DNA from: Candidatus Limnocylindrales bacterium
GTDB lineage: Bacteria; Chloroflexota; Limnocylindria; Limnocylindrales; CSP1-4
Length of the DNA stretch: 64,000 nt
Assembly: GCA_038327765.1 (NCBI GenBank)
Contig: JBBQLI010000002.1
Location: 933 to 64,932 of the forward strand
Reading direction: 5' to 3'
Positions 16,688 to 25,671 of the stretch are shown here, one piece after another. The number at the start of each line of letters is the position of its first letter. Positions within the stretch are counted from its first letter, which is position 1. A program made the translations under genes and the position numbers. The notes beneath the pieces are model-generated. The model had not been told where the DNA came from, ran no database searches, and was given only the letters and a program-made list of their open reading frames with translations.

Positions 16688-18377
16688 GAAGTGCCTCGAC
16701 GTCTTCGACCGATCGCGTGGAGCGCTCGCCGGTCGCCCGGTCCGTGACCTCGATGCCGCCGGCCTCGAGCGAGCGCGGGCTGACCGTCAGGATCAGCGGC
16801 ATCCCGAGCAATTCGGCGTCCTTGAACTTGACGCCCGGCGACTCGTCGCGGTCGTCCCACAGGATCTCGTGGCGCGGACCGGCGTCGGCCGCCAGCGCGT
16901 GGAGCCGCTCCGCGACCACATCGACCTTCGGATCGCGGGCCGACCCGATGGTGACGAGGTGCGCCGCGTAGGGCGCTACTTCCGCGGGCCACACGATCCC
17001 CTTGTCGTCGTGGTGGGCCTCGACGATGCAGGCGACGTTGCGCCCGACGCCGATCCCGTAGGAGCCCATGACGATCGGGTGCGCCTGACCGTCCTCGCCA
17101 AGGTAGGTGGCTCCGAACGCGTCGGTGTACTTGGTCCCGAGCTTGAAGATGTTGCCGACCTCGATGCCGTTGCGAAGGATCACCGGCTGTCCGCAGGTGG
17201 GACACGGATCGCCGTCCTGGGCATTGGTCAGGTCCGCGACCACGTCGGGCATGAAGTCGCGCGGCACGTTGACATTGCGGTAGTGGAATCCTTCGCGGTT
17301 CGCCCCAGCGACCAGGTTGGGCGAGGCGGCCACGAGCGAGTCGACCACCACCGTGGTCCCGCTGGCGCCGATCGGCGACCCGTAGCCAGGCTCCATCTTC
17401 GCGGCCCGGATCTCCTCGACCGTCGCTGGACGGATCCCGCCGGTGGCGGCGACCGCGTTGACCAGCTTGGTCTCGTTGACCTCATGGTCACCCCGGACGA
17501 TCGCGGTCACGAGCCGACCGTCGCCCGTCATGAAGAACGCGGCCTTGGCGGTCCGCTCAGGCCCGATGTGCAGGTAGGCGCTCAGCGACGCGATCGTGGT
17601 GGTGCCGGGCGTGGCGACCTCCTCGAGGGCGAGGGGCTCCTCCGCGGTGGTCGCCCCGTGAGGGATGACGGCCACCTGTCGGTTCGCGGCGTAGCCACAT
17701 GCCTCGCACAGGACGAGCACGTCCTCACCGGCCGGGTTGAGCACCATGAACTCGTGGGCCTGGCTGCCTCCCATCATCCCGACGTCGGAGGAGACGGCGA
17801 TCGCGTCGAGACCAAGGCGCTCGAAGATGCGGACGTACGCGCCGTGTTGCGCCCAGTAGCTGGCGTCGAGACCGGCCTCGTCGCGGTCGCAGCTATAGGC
17901 GTCCTTCATCACGAACTCGCGGACGCGGATGAGGCCGCCCCTGGCCCGCGGCTCGTCGCGCCACTTGGTCTGGAAGTGGTAGATCTGCATGGGGAGTTGG
18001 CGATACGACTTCACGATGTCGGCGAGGAGCAGGCCGACGACCTCCTCGTGGGTCATGGCGAGGACCATGTCCCGTCCGTTGCGATCCTTGAACCGGCCGA
18101 GCTCCGGCCCGATGGCGTCATAGCGGCCACTGGCCCGCCAGACATCGGCCGGGTGGACCACCGGCATCTCCATCTCCTGGGCGCCGATCCGGTCCTGTTC
18201 CTCGCGGATGATCTGTTCGACGCGAGCGTCGACGCGCTTGCCGAGCGGCAGCAGCGAGTAGATCCCGGAACCGAGCTGACGCACGTACCCGGCGCGCTGG
18301 AGCAGACGATGCGACGGCATCTCGGCGTCGGCCGGGTCGTCGCGGAGCGTCGTGAAGAAGAGGTGGGAGAGTCGCAT
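16674..18377 (-). CDS. proS: Proline--tRNA ligase
   Basis: MRLSHLFFTTLRDDPADAEMPSHRLLQRAGYVRQLGSGIYSLLPLG... 567 aa, bacterial-type ProRS with an editing insertion. Confidence 0.95.
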   Translation of the reverse strand: MRLSHLFFTTLRDDPADAEMPSHRLLQRAGYVRQLGSGIYSLLPLGKRVDARVEQIIREEQDRIGAQEMEMPVVHPADVWRASGRYDAIGPELGRFKDRNGRDMVLAMTHEEVVGLLLADIVKSYRQLPMQIYHFQTKWRDEPRARGGLIRVREFVMKDAYSCDRDEAGLDASYWAQHGAYVRIFERLGLDAIAVSSDVGMMGGSQAHEFMVLNPAGEDVLVLCEACGYAANRQVAVIPHGATTAEEPLALEEVATPGTTTIASLSAYLHIGPERTAKAAFFMTGDGRLVTAIVRGDHEVNETKLVNAVAATGGIRPATVEEIRAAKMEPGYGSPIGASGTTVVVDSLVAASPNLVAGANREGFHYRNVNVPRDFMPDVVADLTNAQDGDPCPTCGQPVILRNGIEVGNIFKLGTKYTDAFGATYLGEDGQAHPIVMGSYGIGVGRNVACIVEAHHDDKGIVWPAEVAPYAAHLVTIGSARDPKVDVVAERLHALAADAGPRHEILWDDRDESPGVKFKDAELLGMPLILTVSPRSLEAGGIEVTDRATGERSTRSVEDVEALLTGR

Positions 18378-18446
18378 GGCCGGTCAAGGATACCGGCACG
18401 CGGCATCGACCCGTCGCGGACCAGCTGCTGGACGGACTCGACTGGG

Positions 18447-18911
18447 TCAGGCTGCCGGCGTCGCCGCTGCGGCATGCGGCCACGGCGGTCTCGCCCGGCC
18501 ATCCCCGAGCTCGAGCCAGCGGATCGCGTACGCACACCGGACGCTCTCGAGTCGGGCGGCTTCGCGTTCGAAGGAGGCCGCCAGCGACGACCGGCTGCGG
18601 ATCGGTCCGAGGTCCGTCCGGATCGCTTCCACCTGCCGGACGAACGCGGGCTCGCTCCAGGCGGCGGGCGCGGCCGTCCGGCTCGTCCCCGCGACCGACC
18701 GAACGAGACGAAGCGCATCCAGCGCCAACGCCCGTCTGGGCGTCGACGCTGAAGCGGGAGAGAGGAGCCCGTTCGAAGGGAGGAGGTCCTCGAACGGTCG
18801 GAGGGTGCCGCCGGTCGCCGCTGCGTCGCCGACCCGCGACCCTCGCGTCGGGTGGGGATCGGGCGGACGAGCGACGATCGACATGCCCGCAGTCTCGGTG
18901 GGCGACATCAA
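18447..18911 (-). CDS. Hypothetical protein (weak call)
   Basis: This is the only ORF in the 0.9-kb proS-regulator gap with consistently high GC3. I recognise no domain. An alternative start at 18884 gives MSIVARPP. Confidence 0.3.
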   Translation of the reverse strand: MMSPTETAGMSIVARPPDPHPTRGSRVGDAAATGGTLRPFEDLLPSNGLLSPASASTPRRALALDALRLVRSVAGTSRTAAPAAWSEPAFVRQVEAIRTDLGPIRSRSSLAASFEREAARLESVRCAYAIRWLELGDGRARPPWPHAAAATPAA

Positions 18912-18983
18912 CGGCGGCTTATCGTGGAGTGAACCTTTGCGTACGAGGGGCGGGCCGCTGGCGATAAAGCGAGCCAGTCGCGG

Positions 18984-19069
18984 GCCGGGTCATGGCCCAC
19001 TGGTCGCGTCGTGGCCCACGAGCCGGGTCATGGCCCACGGGTCGCGTCGTGGCCCACGAGCCGGGTCGT
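18984..19069. repeat. 38-bp tandem repeat, 2.3 copies, with an internal about 19-bp sub-period (GGCCCAC core)
   Basis: gccgggtcatggcccacTggtcgcgtcgtggcccacga (18984-19021), then the same with G at the variable base (19022-19059), then a partial third copy gccgggtcgtg. It is read directly from the sequence. Confidence 0.85.
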
Positions 19070-19303
19070 GAGCCGCGCGACCAGTGGCTGGTCCGGCGAA
19101 CGCCCCTTTGTGCATCGCTGTGTCCCCAGGCACGCAGATTCGGCACAGACCCTCGTGGACGCATCCCCGGGATGCAGAACGTGCCGGATCCGAGTCTGGT
19201 CCACGCTCGGAAGTCTGGAAGAGCGTGTGTGACACACGCGGCGATGGTCATGCCGGCAAGGGGGGTCACGCGCCGTGGTGATCAGGCCGGGGAGCCACGC
19301 ACG

Positions 19304-19999
19304 CTAGGTCGGGCGGCGGAATACATAGCCCACGCCGCGGACCGTGTGGATGAACGCCGGATGGCCGGCATCCTCCTCGATCTGGCTGCGCAGCCAATGG
19401 ACGTGGACATCGACCGTGCGCGTCTCACCGGCGTAGTCGTAGCCCCACACGTGCTCGAGCAGCTGGTCGCGGGTGAAGACCTGGCCGGGATGCCGGATCA
19501 GGAACGCGAGCAGTTCGAACGCCTTGGGCTTGATGGGCAGGACCGCCCCATCGCGCAGCAGGCGATGCCCGCCGAGGTCCGCCTGCACGCGACCCAGGTC
19601 GATGATGGCCGGCGGGTCGCCGATCGCCACGTTCTGTTCGGAGCGGCGGAACATCGCCCGGATCCGGGCGGTCAGCTCGCGCAGGCTGAACGGCTTCGTG
19701 ACGTAGTCGTCGGCACCGAGTTCCAGGCCGACCACCTTGTCCAACTCCGAATCCTTGGCGGTCAGCATCACGATCGGCACGCCCGATTCGGCCCGGATGA
19801 TGCGGCAGACCTCGATGCCGGAGAGCTCCGGAAGCATCAGGTCCAGCAGGACGAGGTCCGGGCGCTCGGCACGGAACGCGGTCAGCGCCTCGCGCCCATC
19901 GGCGGCGGCAACGACCCGGAATCCATCCGCTTCGAGCGCTTCGACCAGGGTCTCGCGCAGGGTCGGCTCGTCGTCGACGACGAGGATCGTTCGTGCCAT
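19304..19999 (-). CDS. OmpR/PhoB-family response regulator (PhoP/RegX3-like)
   Basis: ORF trimmed to the ATG at 19999. The protein reads MARTILVVDDEPTLRETLVEALEADGFRVVAAADGREALTAFRAERPDLVLLDLMLPELSG...MLTAKDSELDKVVGLELGADDYVTKPFSLREL...TRTVDVHVHWLRSQIE...TVRGVGYVFR. It has the complete receiver signature (DD, D, T, K). Confidence 0.9.
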   Translation of the reverse strand: MARTILVVDDEPTLRETLVEALEADGFRVVAAADGREALTAFRAERPDLVLLDLMLPELSGIEVCRIIRAESGVPIVMLTAKDSELDKVVGLELGADDYVTKPFSLRELTARIRAMFRRSEQNVAIGDPPAIIDLGRVQADLGGHRLLRDGAVLPIKPKAFELLAFLIRHPGQVFTRDQLLEHVWGYDYAGETRTVDVHVHWLRSQIEEDAGHPAFIHTVRGVGYVFRRPT

Positions 20000-20060
20000 C
20001 CACTCGCCATCATACGAACCACTGTTAACGCATCGTTGGCGGTCGGCCGGCCGGCGCGGT

Positions 20061-20447
20061 TCAGCCCTTGCGGGACTCGGGGAGCGCCACGAAGTACTCG
20101 ACGAAGTCCGCGCACCGGCCCTCGGCATCGAAGCGCAGTGTCCAGATGTTGTAGTAGAGGTCGCGCAGCGAGCCGTCCGGCTTCGTGTAGCGGCTCTCCC
20201 CGGTCGCGACCGCGCGATCGCCTTCGACGATGTACGGCTCGTAGTGCGCGGTCCAGGACCCGGCTGCATCGGGACTCTCGAGCCAGTCCGCGACGATCGC
20301 GTCCCGACCGACGACAGGTTCCTCGTCATACGGGTGGTAGCGATAGGTCGCGTCGGCACTGAACAGGTCGGCGATGATCGCCGGGTCGTACGTGCGCCAC
20401 GCCTCGACATAGCGGTCGAGCCAACGCTGGACATCGTCATGGGTCAT
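20061..20447 (-). CDS. NTF2-like (SnoaL/DUF4440-type) protein
   Basis: MTHDDVQRWLDRYVEAWRTYDPAIIADLFSADATYRYHPYD... A paralog lies at 35443..35832. Confidence 0.7.
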   Translation of the reverse strand: MTHDDVQRWLDRYVEAWRTYDPAIIADLFSADATYRYHPYDEEPVVGRDAIVADWLESPDAAGSWTAHYEPYIVEGDRAVATGESRYTKPDGSLRDLYYNIWTLRFDAEGRCADFVEYFVALPESRKG

Positions 20448-20520
20448 GGTTGCTCCTCAGCGATCCGGTTCGAGAAGGTCAGCATCCGCGCGAACCCTGA
20501 CAGACCGTGTCATGTTCGTC

Positions 20521-22008
20521 TCAGCCGCCGTCGAGGACCTCGACCGCCCGATCGATGCGGGCCAGTGCCCGCTCATGCCCGAGCGCGACCAGGGTGTCGA
20601 ACAGCGGTGGCGTCGCGGTCCGGCCCGTGACGGCGACACGGATCGCCATGAACAGATCGCCGGCCTTCCAGCCCCGGGCTTCCGCGAGCGCTCGGAGCGG
20701 TGGCTCCAGCTCGTCGGCCTCGAAGGAGACGGCACCGGCATGGGCGATGAGCTCGCGCGCGGCGGCCAGACCGGCCCGAGTGGTCTCGACATCCCAGCGC
20801 TTCGGGACGAGCATCGCGGGCTCGACGGCGACATCCTCCACCCACAGGAAGCCGACCAGGTCGCCGATCGCGCCGAGGGTCGGCAAGCGTTCCTGGACCA
20901 CGGGGAGCAGCGAGCGCAGCTCCTCGTCGGACGGCATCCGCTCGATCCGACCGGCTGCCAGCTCGGCCGCGACGAACGGCCGCAGCCGATCGATGAGTTC
21001 ATCGGGTTCGAGACGGCGGATCCACTGGCCATTCAGCCATTCGAGACGCTCGCGGTCGAAGACGGCGCCCCCCTTGTGGATCGCATTGATATCGAACCGG
21101 GCGATGATCTCGTCGATCGAGAGGACCTCGTCCTCGTTGCCGCTCGACCAGCCGAGCAGTGCCAGGTAGTTGACCAGCGCCTCCCGGATGAAGCCCTGCG
21201 CGATGTAGTCATCGAGCGCGGTCTGGCTCTTGCGCTTGCTCATCTTCGAGCGGTCCGCGTTGAGGATCAGCGGCAGATGGGCGAACTCCGGGACCTGATA
21301 GCCAAGCGCCCGGAACAGCAGGATGTGCTTGGGCGTGTTCGAGAGGTGATCCTCGCCGCGGATGACTTTTGTGATCTGCATGGCCGCATCGTCGACGACC
21401 ACGGTGAAGTGGTAGAGCGGCGTCCCGTCGCTGCGGACGATGACGAAGTCGCCTCCGAGATTCGAAACGTCGATCTCGACATGACCACGGACGAGATCGT
21501 CGAACGCGACGACCCCCTCCCCCACCCGGAACCGGAGTGCGCCACGGCGACCCTCGGCGACGAATGCCGCGCGCTCCTCGGACGTCAGGCCGGCGCACCG
21601 ACCGACGTACTTCGGCGGCAGCTTCGCCGCTTCCTGGGCCTGGCGATCGGCGGCCAGCTCCTCAGAGGTGCAAAAGCACGGATACGCCTGGTCCGCGGCA
21701 AGGAGGAGCTCCGCGGCGGCGGCATAGGAGGGCAGGCGCTGCATCTGTCGATACGGGGCGTACGGCCCCCGCGACCCGTCTCCCGCGACCTCGGGTCCCT
21801 CGTCCCAGTCCATCCCCAGCCAATGGAGGCCCTCGAGGATGTCCTTCTCGAACGCGAGCGTGCTGCGGGCCACGTCCGTGTCCTCCAGGCGCAGGACGAA
21901 GGTGCCCTCGACGTGGCGGGCGTGCAGGAAGTTGAAGAGTGCCGTGCGAGCCGTGCCGATATGCAGCGGCCCGGTGGGGCTGGGAGCGATCCGGACGCGA
22001 TCCATCAT
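20521..22008 (-). CDS. gltX: Glutamate--tRNA ligase
   Basis: RIAPSPTGPLHIGTARTALFNFLHARH (HIGH) and KMSKRK (KMSKS) class-I motifs; 495 aa. Confidence 0.95.
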   Translation of the reverse strand: MMDRVRIAPSPTGPLHIGTARTALFNFLHARHVEGTFVLRLEDTDVARSTLAFEKDILEGLHWLGMDWDEGPEVAGDGSRGPYAPYRQMQRLPSYAAAAELLLAADQAYPCFCTSEELAADRQAQEAAKLPPKYVGRCAGLTSEERAAFVAEGRRGALRFRVGEGVVAFDDLVRGHVEIDVSNLGGDFVIVRSDGTPLYHFTVVVDDAAMQITKVIRGEDHLSNTPKHILLFRALGYQVPEFAHLPLILNADRSKMSKRKSQTALDDYIAQGFIREALVNYLALLGWSSGNEDEVLSIDEIIARFDINAIHKGGAVFDRERLEWLNGQWIRRLEPDELIDRLRPFVAAELAAGRIERMPSDEELRSLLPVVQERLPTLGAIGDLVGFLWVEDVAVEPAMLVPKRWDVETTRAGLAAARELIAHAGAVSFEADELEPPLRALAEARGWKAGDLFMAIRVAVTGRTATPPLFDTLVALGHERALARIDRAVEVLDGG

Positions 22009-22787
22009 CAGGTCCCGGCGGGCGGGCTGACGGGCGTGCCCGTCGCTGGATGCGCGACCGCCTGGCCCGGGACCCGGTGGAAGAGGCCCGGGTCGGCCTC
22101 GCCAGGCAGGACACGGACGAGGCCCGCCGGTCGCAGCCCGAGGGTCGCGCGTCCGCGCGGACCGTCGAGCGTCAGCGAGTCAAGAGATTCGGAGCGGGCG
22201 AGGACCGTGATGTGCGCCCCGGGCGTCAGTGCCCGTGCTTCCAGGTAGGAGAGCAGTCCGGCATCTTCTTCGGCCTCCTCGGTGATCCGATAGATCGTCG
22301 CCCGCTCACCGGCGCCGATCTCGCTGAGCTTGGTCCCGGCCGGTCGGCGGCGGGCGGTCGCGGCGTCGATGGGATTGCCATGGGGGCACGTTTCGGGGTG
22401 CCCGAGCATCTCGTCGAGGCGCGCCTCGACGCGCGGCGAGATCGCGCCCTGGAGCTTCATCGCCTCATCGTCCGACTCGGCCCAGCCGAGCCCGATGACC
22501 GTGGTCAGGAGCCACTCGAGCAGCGCATGACGACGGAAGATGCCATCGGCGGCGGTCCGTCCGGCGTCCGTGAGGTGGAGCTGTCGACCCTCGGCCTGGG
22601 CGACGAGTCCATCGGCCACGAGCCGTCGGAACATCTCGCTCGACGCCTGCGTGGTCACGCCGAGATGGCGGGCGATCTGTGATGCCGTCACGCGACCACC
22701 TTCCTGGGACCCCGCCATCACCCGGAGCGCGAGCAGGTATTGCTGGGCCGCGGTGGAGAGATCGTGCGGGTCGTGGCGAGGCGGCAT
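22008..22787 (-). CDS. DtxR/IdeR/MntR-family metal-dependent repressor with a C-terminal FeoA/SH3-like domain
   Basis: AAQQYLLALRVMAGS...VTASQIARHLGVTTQASSEMFRRLVADGLV...RRHALLEWLL...DDEAMKLQGAISP...CPHGNPI. Its stop shares one base with the gltX ATG (TGATG). Confidence 0.85.
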   Translation of the reverse strand: MPPRHDPHDLSTAAQQYLLALRVMAGSQEGGRVTASQIARHLGVTTQASSEMFRRLVADGLVAQAEGRQLHLTDAGRTAADGIFRRHALLEWLLTTVIGLGWAESDDEAMKLQGAISPRVEARLDEMLGHPETCPHGNPIDAATARRRPAGTKLSEIGAGERATIYRITEEAEEDAGLLSYLEARALTPGAHITVLARSESLDSLTLDGPRGRATLGLRPAGLVRVLPGEADPGLFHRVPGQAVAHPATGTPVSPPAGT

Positions 22788-22791
22788 GACC

Positions 22792-24351
22792 TCAGGATAC
22801 GGGACGCGCCCGCGATCCCATCGAGCGGACGCGTCGCGCCACTGCGAACGCGATCCCGGCGACCCACGCGATCACGAGCACGATCCCGAGCGTGTCCGAG
22901 CGGGACTGGACGTCGATCGCCGTTCCGCCGGCGGATAACAGGAGTGCCGTCGGCACGGCCGTGACGACGAGCGCGACGGCGCCGGTCGCGGTCACCGCAG
23001 CGAGCCACGGCGAGAGCAGGAGGATCCCGAGGACGAGCAGACCGACGACCGGGGCCACCACGGGCTCGCCGACCGAGCAGCTTGCTGCGAACCGACCGCA
23101 GCCGGTCAGCTCCCCGACCAGCCAGGCGACGCCGAACAGGATGGGGAGCCAGGCGATGAGCGCCTGGACGAGCCGCCAGCGCCCCCGGCCGGTGCGTTCG
23201 TCGGTCAATGCCCGCCCCAGGTCGGTCGCCGCCGTGGCAAGGTCCGGCGGTGGCTCATCCGACGCGAGCGCCCATGGCTCGGCGCGCGGCGCGGACCGGT
23301 CCATCGTCTCCGGCCGGTCCGCGGTCCCGCCTCGCGGTCCCGTCGTCCGCGGTGATCCCGGCGGGTACGGATGGTCCCCCTCGGTCAAGGGAGAGGCCCA
23401 CCACGAGGATGGCTCGTGCATCGATCCGCCGGTCGAGGGACGGTCGCGCTCCGCGGCTGGCGGGGGGTCGGGGCGCCTTCTCGGGGCGGCTTCGTCGTGC
23501 GCTGCGTCGCCGTGGGCGGCACGGACGTCGCCCGCGGGGTCGGTCTGCGCGTCGGCGCTGCCCGATCCGCCGTTCGCGTCTCCTCCGGCGCCCGCGTGTC
23601 GGCCCGTCCGGCGACGCGCCCGTGCCTGGTATTCCGGTCCGTGCTTGCGGGGATCGGCGTACTCCTTCGGGTTGATCGTCCAGTAGGTGCCACTGGTCGT
23701 GCCGTACCAGCTGGCGCCACCCCAGTCGGGCTCGAACGGGAGCTGATCCACACCGTCGTACGAGGTGGAACCGAACGTGGCTTTCGGCTGGCTGGGGTCC
23801 GCCTCGGCCGAGTCGTCCCTGGCGCCGGCCGTCCCAGGAGCGGGTCTGTCGGCGCCACCGGTGGCCCTCGGACCACGGGCCTGGCTCGTGTCCGGTCGCG
23901 AACGCGCTCCGCCCGCGCTCCTGCCACTCCCGCCCGCTGAGCTGCCGCCGGCCGCGGGATCCGTGCCGCCCCCGGCGGCGCCACCGCTTCCCGGGGTCGT
24001 GTCACTCCCGGGGCTGGCACTCCCCGGCGCTGCGCCGCGCCCGCGCCGCGGCCGACCGCCATACGCCCGGTGCGCCGCGTCGGCACGATCCGGATCGGCG
24101 GCCGACGGCCGGGCCGGACCGCTGGAACCGGACGGGGACGATGACGACCCGCGCGCGCCCCGGCGCGCCGCGCCGCTCGTCACCAGCTGTTCGTAGGCGG
24201 CCTGGATCGCCAGGAACCGAGGCAGCGCCAAAGGCCCTGCGGCATCGGGGTGGTTGACCTTGGCCAGCGCCCGATAGGCACGCCGGATCTCCTCGGCCGA
24301 TGCGCCGCGCGACACCCCGAGGGTTCGATAGGGGTCGGTGCCGGGCGTCAT
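22792..24351 (-). CDS. Membrane-anchored J-domain protein with a long low-complexity linker
   Basis: The N-terminus reads DPYRTLGVSRGASAEEIRRAYRALAKVNHPDAAG (HPD). It is followed by about 330 aa of G/A/S/P/R-rich sequence, then C-terminal hydrophobic helices (LVQALIAWLPILFGVAWLVG..., VVAPVVGLLVLGILLLSPWLAAV..., IVLVIAWVAGIAFAV). Confidence 0.75.
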   Translation of the reverse strand: MTPGTDPYRTLGVSRGASAEEIRRAYRALAKVNHPDAAGPLALPRFLAIQAAYEQLVTSGAARRGARGSSSSPSGSSGPARPSAADPDRADAAHRAYGGRPRRGRGAAPGSASPGSDTTPGSGGAAGGGTDPAAGGSSAGGSGRSAGGARSRPDTSQARGPRATGGADRPAPGTAGARDDSAEADPSQPKATFGSTSYDGVDQLPFEPDWGGASWYGTTSGTYWTINPKEYADPRKHGPEYQARARRRTGRHAGAGGDANGGSGSADAQTDPAGDVRAAHGDAAHDEAAPRRRPDPPPAAERDRPSTGGSMHEPSSWWASPLTEGDHPYPPGSPRTTGPRGGTADRPETMDRSAPRAEPWALASDEPPPDLATAATDLGRALTDERTGRGRWRLVQALIAWLPILFGVAWLVGELTGCGRFAASCSVGEPVVAPVVGLLVLGILLLSPWLAAVTATGAVALVVTAVPTALLLSAGGTAIDVQSRSDTLGIVLVIAWVAGIAFAVARRVRSMGSRARPVS

Positions 24352-24400
24352 CTCGGGTTCGGTCGCTCCAGCGTGTGACGTCGCTCCGGCGTGACCGGGA

Positions 24401-25543
24401 TCAGCCGATCAGTTCGCCGACGGGCGCCAGTTCGAATTCGGCGATCGCCTCGGCCCCGACTCGTCCATGCGGGTCAAGCGAGACGGGGCGGTGATAGCGC
24501 GCCAGGGCTCGCAGCGCGGCTCCGTCCAGGATGCCGGCCTGACGACTGGCTTCCACCGAGGCCGCCCACGTCCCGCGGTCGTACCCATCCCCATCTTCGA
24601 TCTTGATGGCCAATCCGGATGCCGCCGCGCGGGTGCCGCTGGTCCGCACCCCCGGAGCGATCGCGATGGCGCGCAGCGCCTCCATCCCGGCCTTGCTGAC
24701 GAGGCGACCCGGGACAGCCTTCATGAGCGACGTGTCGAGGCGGTCGTGTCGGCCGCCGATCATGTCGGGTTCGGCCAGCATCGCGTCGCGAACGATCGTC
24801 AGACCGGTGGCGATCTCATTGCGCGGATCGCGGGCCGGGATGGCCGACGGGTCGGCCAGCATCGCGTAGGCGCGGGCCACGGAGCGGAGCGGGAATGCGA
24901 AGGTCTCCACACCGCAGCCGTCGAGCGCGGTCCGGAGCTTGTCCGGCGTGGTGCCGTAGGCCTTCGCGACAGCGGCGCGATACGCCACCTGCGACGGATG
25001 GGCAGCCTTCCAGTAGTCGACCGGGTCCCAGCCCTTGAGCCGCGACAGCAGCAGCGAGACCGAATGCTGCCCCGAACACATGTGACGGATCGGGCCGGCC
25101 TTCTCGCCATCGCGGGCAAGGCGGGCCGCCGTGAGGGCATCCAGCGGCATCCCTTCCGAGCCGCAGGCCAGGTTTGCCTGGCTGACGCCCGCACGCCGGT
25201 AGATGCCCTGGAGCGTCCGCACGTGGATGTCCTCGCCCGAGTGCGAGCTCGCCAGGATCGCGATCTCGGCGGGCTGGAGGTCGAAGGCGGCGATCCCGCC
25301 AGCTTCGATGAGCGCCAGTACCCCGAAGGGCTTCACGGTGGAGCGCAGCGTGACGATCCGGTCGGGGTCGCCGAGGACCCGGATCAGGCCGCCTTCGACG
25401 TCGGCTTCGACGATATCGCCGCGATGGACGCTCTCCTCGATCCCATTGCGCAGCTGGCGCACGAGGATGGGCGTCGCGCTGGCGCGACGAGCCGCGGGAC
25501 GGGCGGTGGCGCGGCGCGGCCGGTTGGCCGCAGGAGCGGTCAC
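24401..25543 (-). CDS. Asparaginase II family protein
   Basis: [16 protein letters not shown]...[11 protein letters not shown]...[13 protein letters not shown]...MCSGQHS... matches the L-asparaginase II (AnsA-Rhizobium type) family pattern. Confidence 0.75.
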   Translation of the reverse strand: MTAPAANRPRRATARPAARRASATPILVRQLRNGIEESVHRGDIVEADVEGGLIRVLGDPDRIVTLRSTVKPFGVLALIEAGGIAAFDLQPAEIAILASSHSGEDIHVRTLQGIYRRAGVSQANLACGSEGMPLDALTAARLARDGEKAGPIRHMCSGQHSVSLLLSRLKGWDPVDYWKAAHPSQVAYRAAVAKAYGTTPDKLRTALDGCGVETFAFPLRSVARAYAMLADPSAIPARDPRNEIATGLTIVRDAMLAEPDMIGGRHDRLDTSLMKAVPGRLVSKAGMEALRAIAIAPGVRTSGTRAAASGLAIKIEDGDGYDRGTWAASVEASRQAGILDGAALRALARYHRPVSLDPHGRVGAEAIAEFELAPVGELIG

Positions 25544-25671
25544 GGGTGAGGGGATCTCCGCTGTCGGTGGGGCACGAGGAACGCGAGGATACCCCTCCGG
25601 ACCGCTCGACGCGTCGGTACGATGAGGGTCACCGGCATGCCCATCGGATCCGCCGTCGAGGGAGGTCTTCC

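Noticed and set aside
16644-18752. 702-aa + strand ORF. Similar very long ORFs occur at 20446-22248 (+), 46937-48997 (+), 26250-28298 (-), 38287-39972 (-), 48562-50265 (+), 6452-7780 (-), 57640-59364 (+) and 5760-6536 (-).
   Set aside because: All are antisense to genes with unmistakable conserved motifs (proS, gltX, mmsA, epimerase, GT2 fusion, pstA, SBP and others). Their translations are Arg/Gly/Asp/Pro-rich low-complexity strings. Long stop-free antisense frames are expected at this GC content.
18984-19069. CRISPR array (also considered for 30016-30170).
   Set aside because: The repeats are directly abutting with no unique spacers. There are only 2-4 copies, and no cas genes lie in the window.
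18352-19071. 239-aa + strand ORF in the proS-regulator gap. Small ORFs also overlap the 38-bp repeats (18919-19269 -, 19011-19232 +).
   Set aside because: The composition is Arg/Gly/Ser-rich, with no start context, and the ORFs simply read through the tandem repeat. Only the minus-strand ORF 18447-18911 has coding-like GC3, and even that is a weak call.
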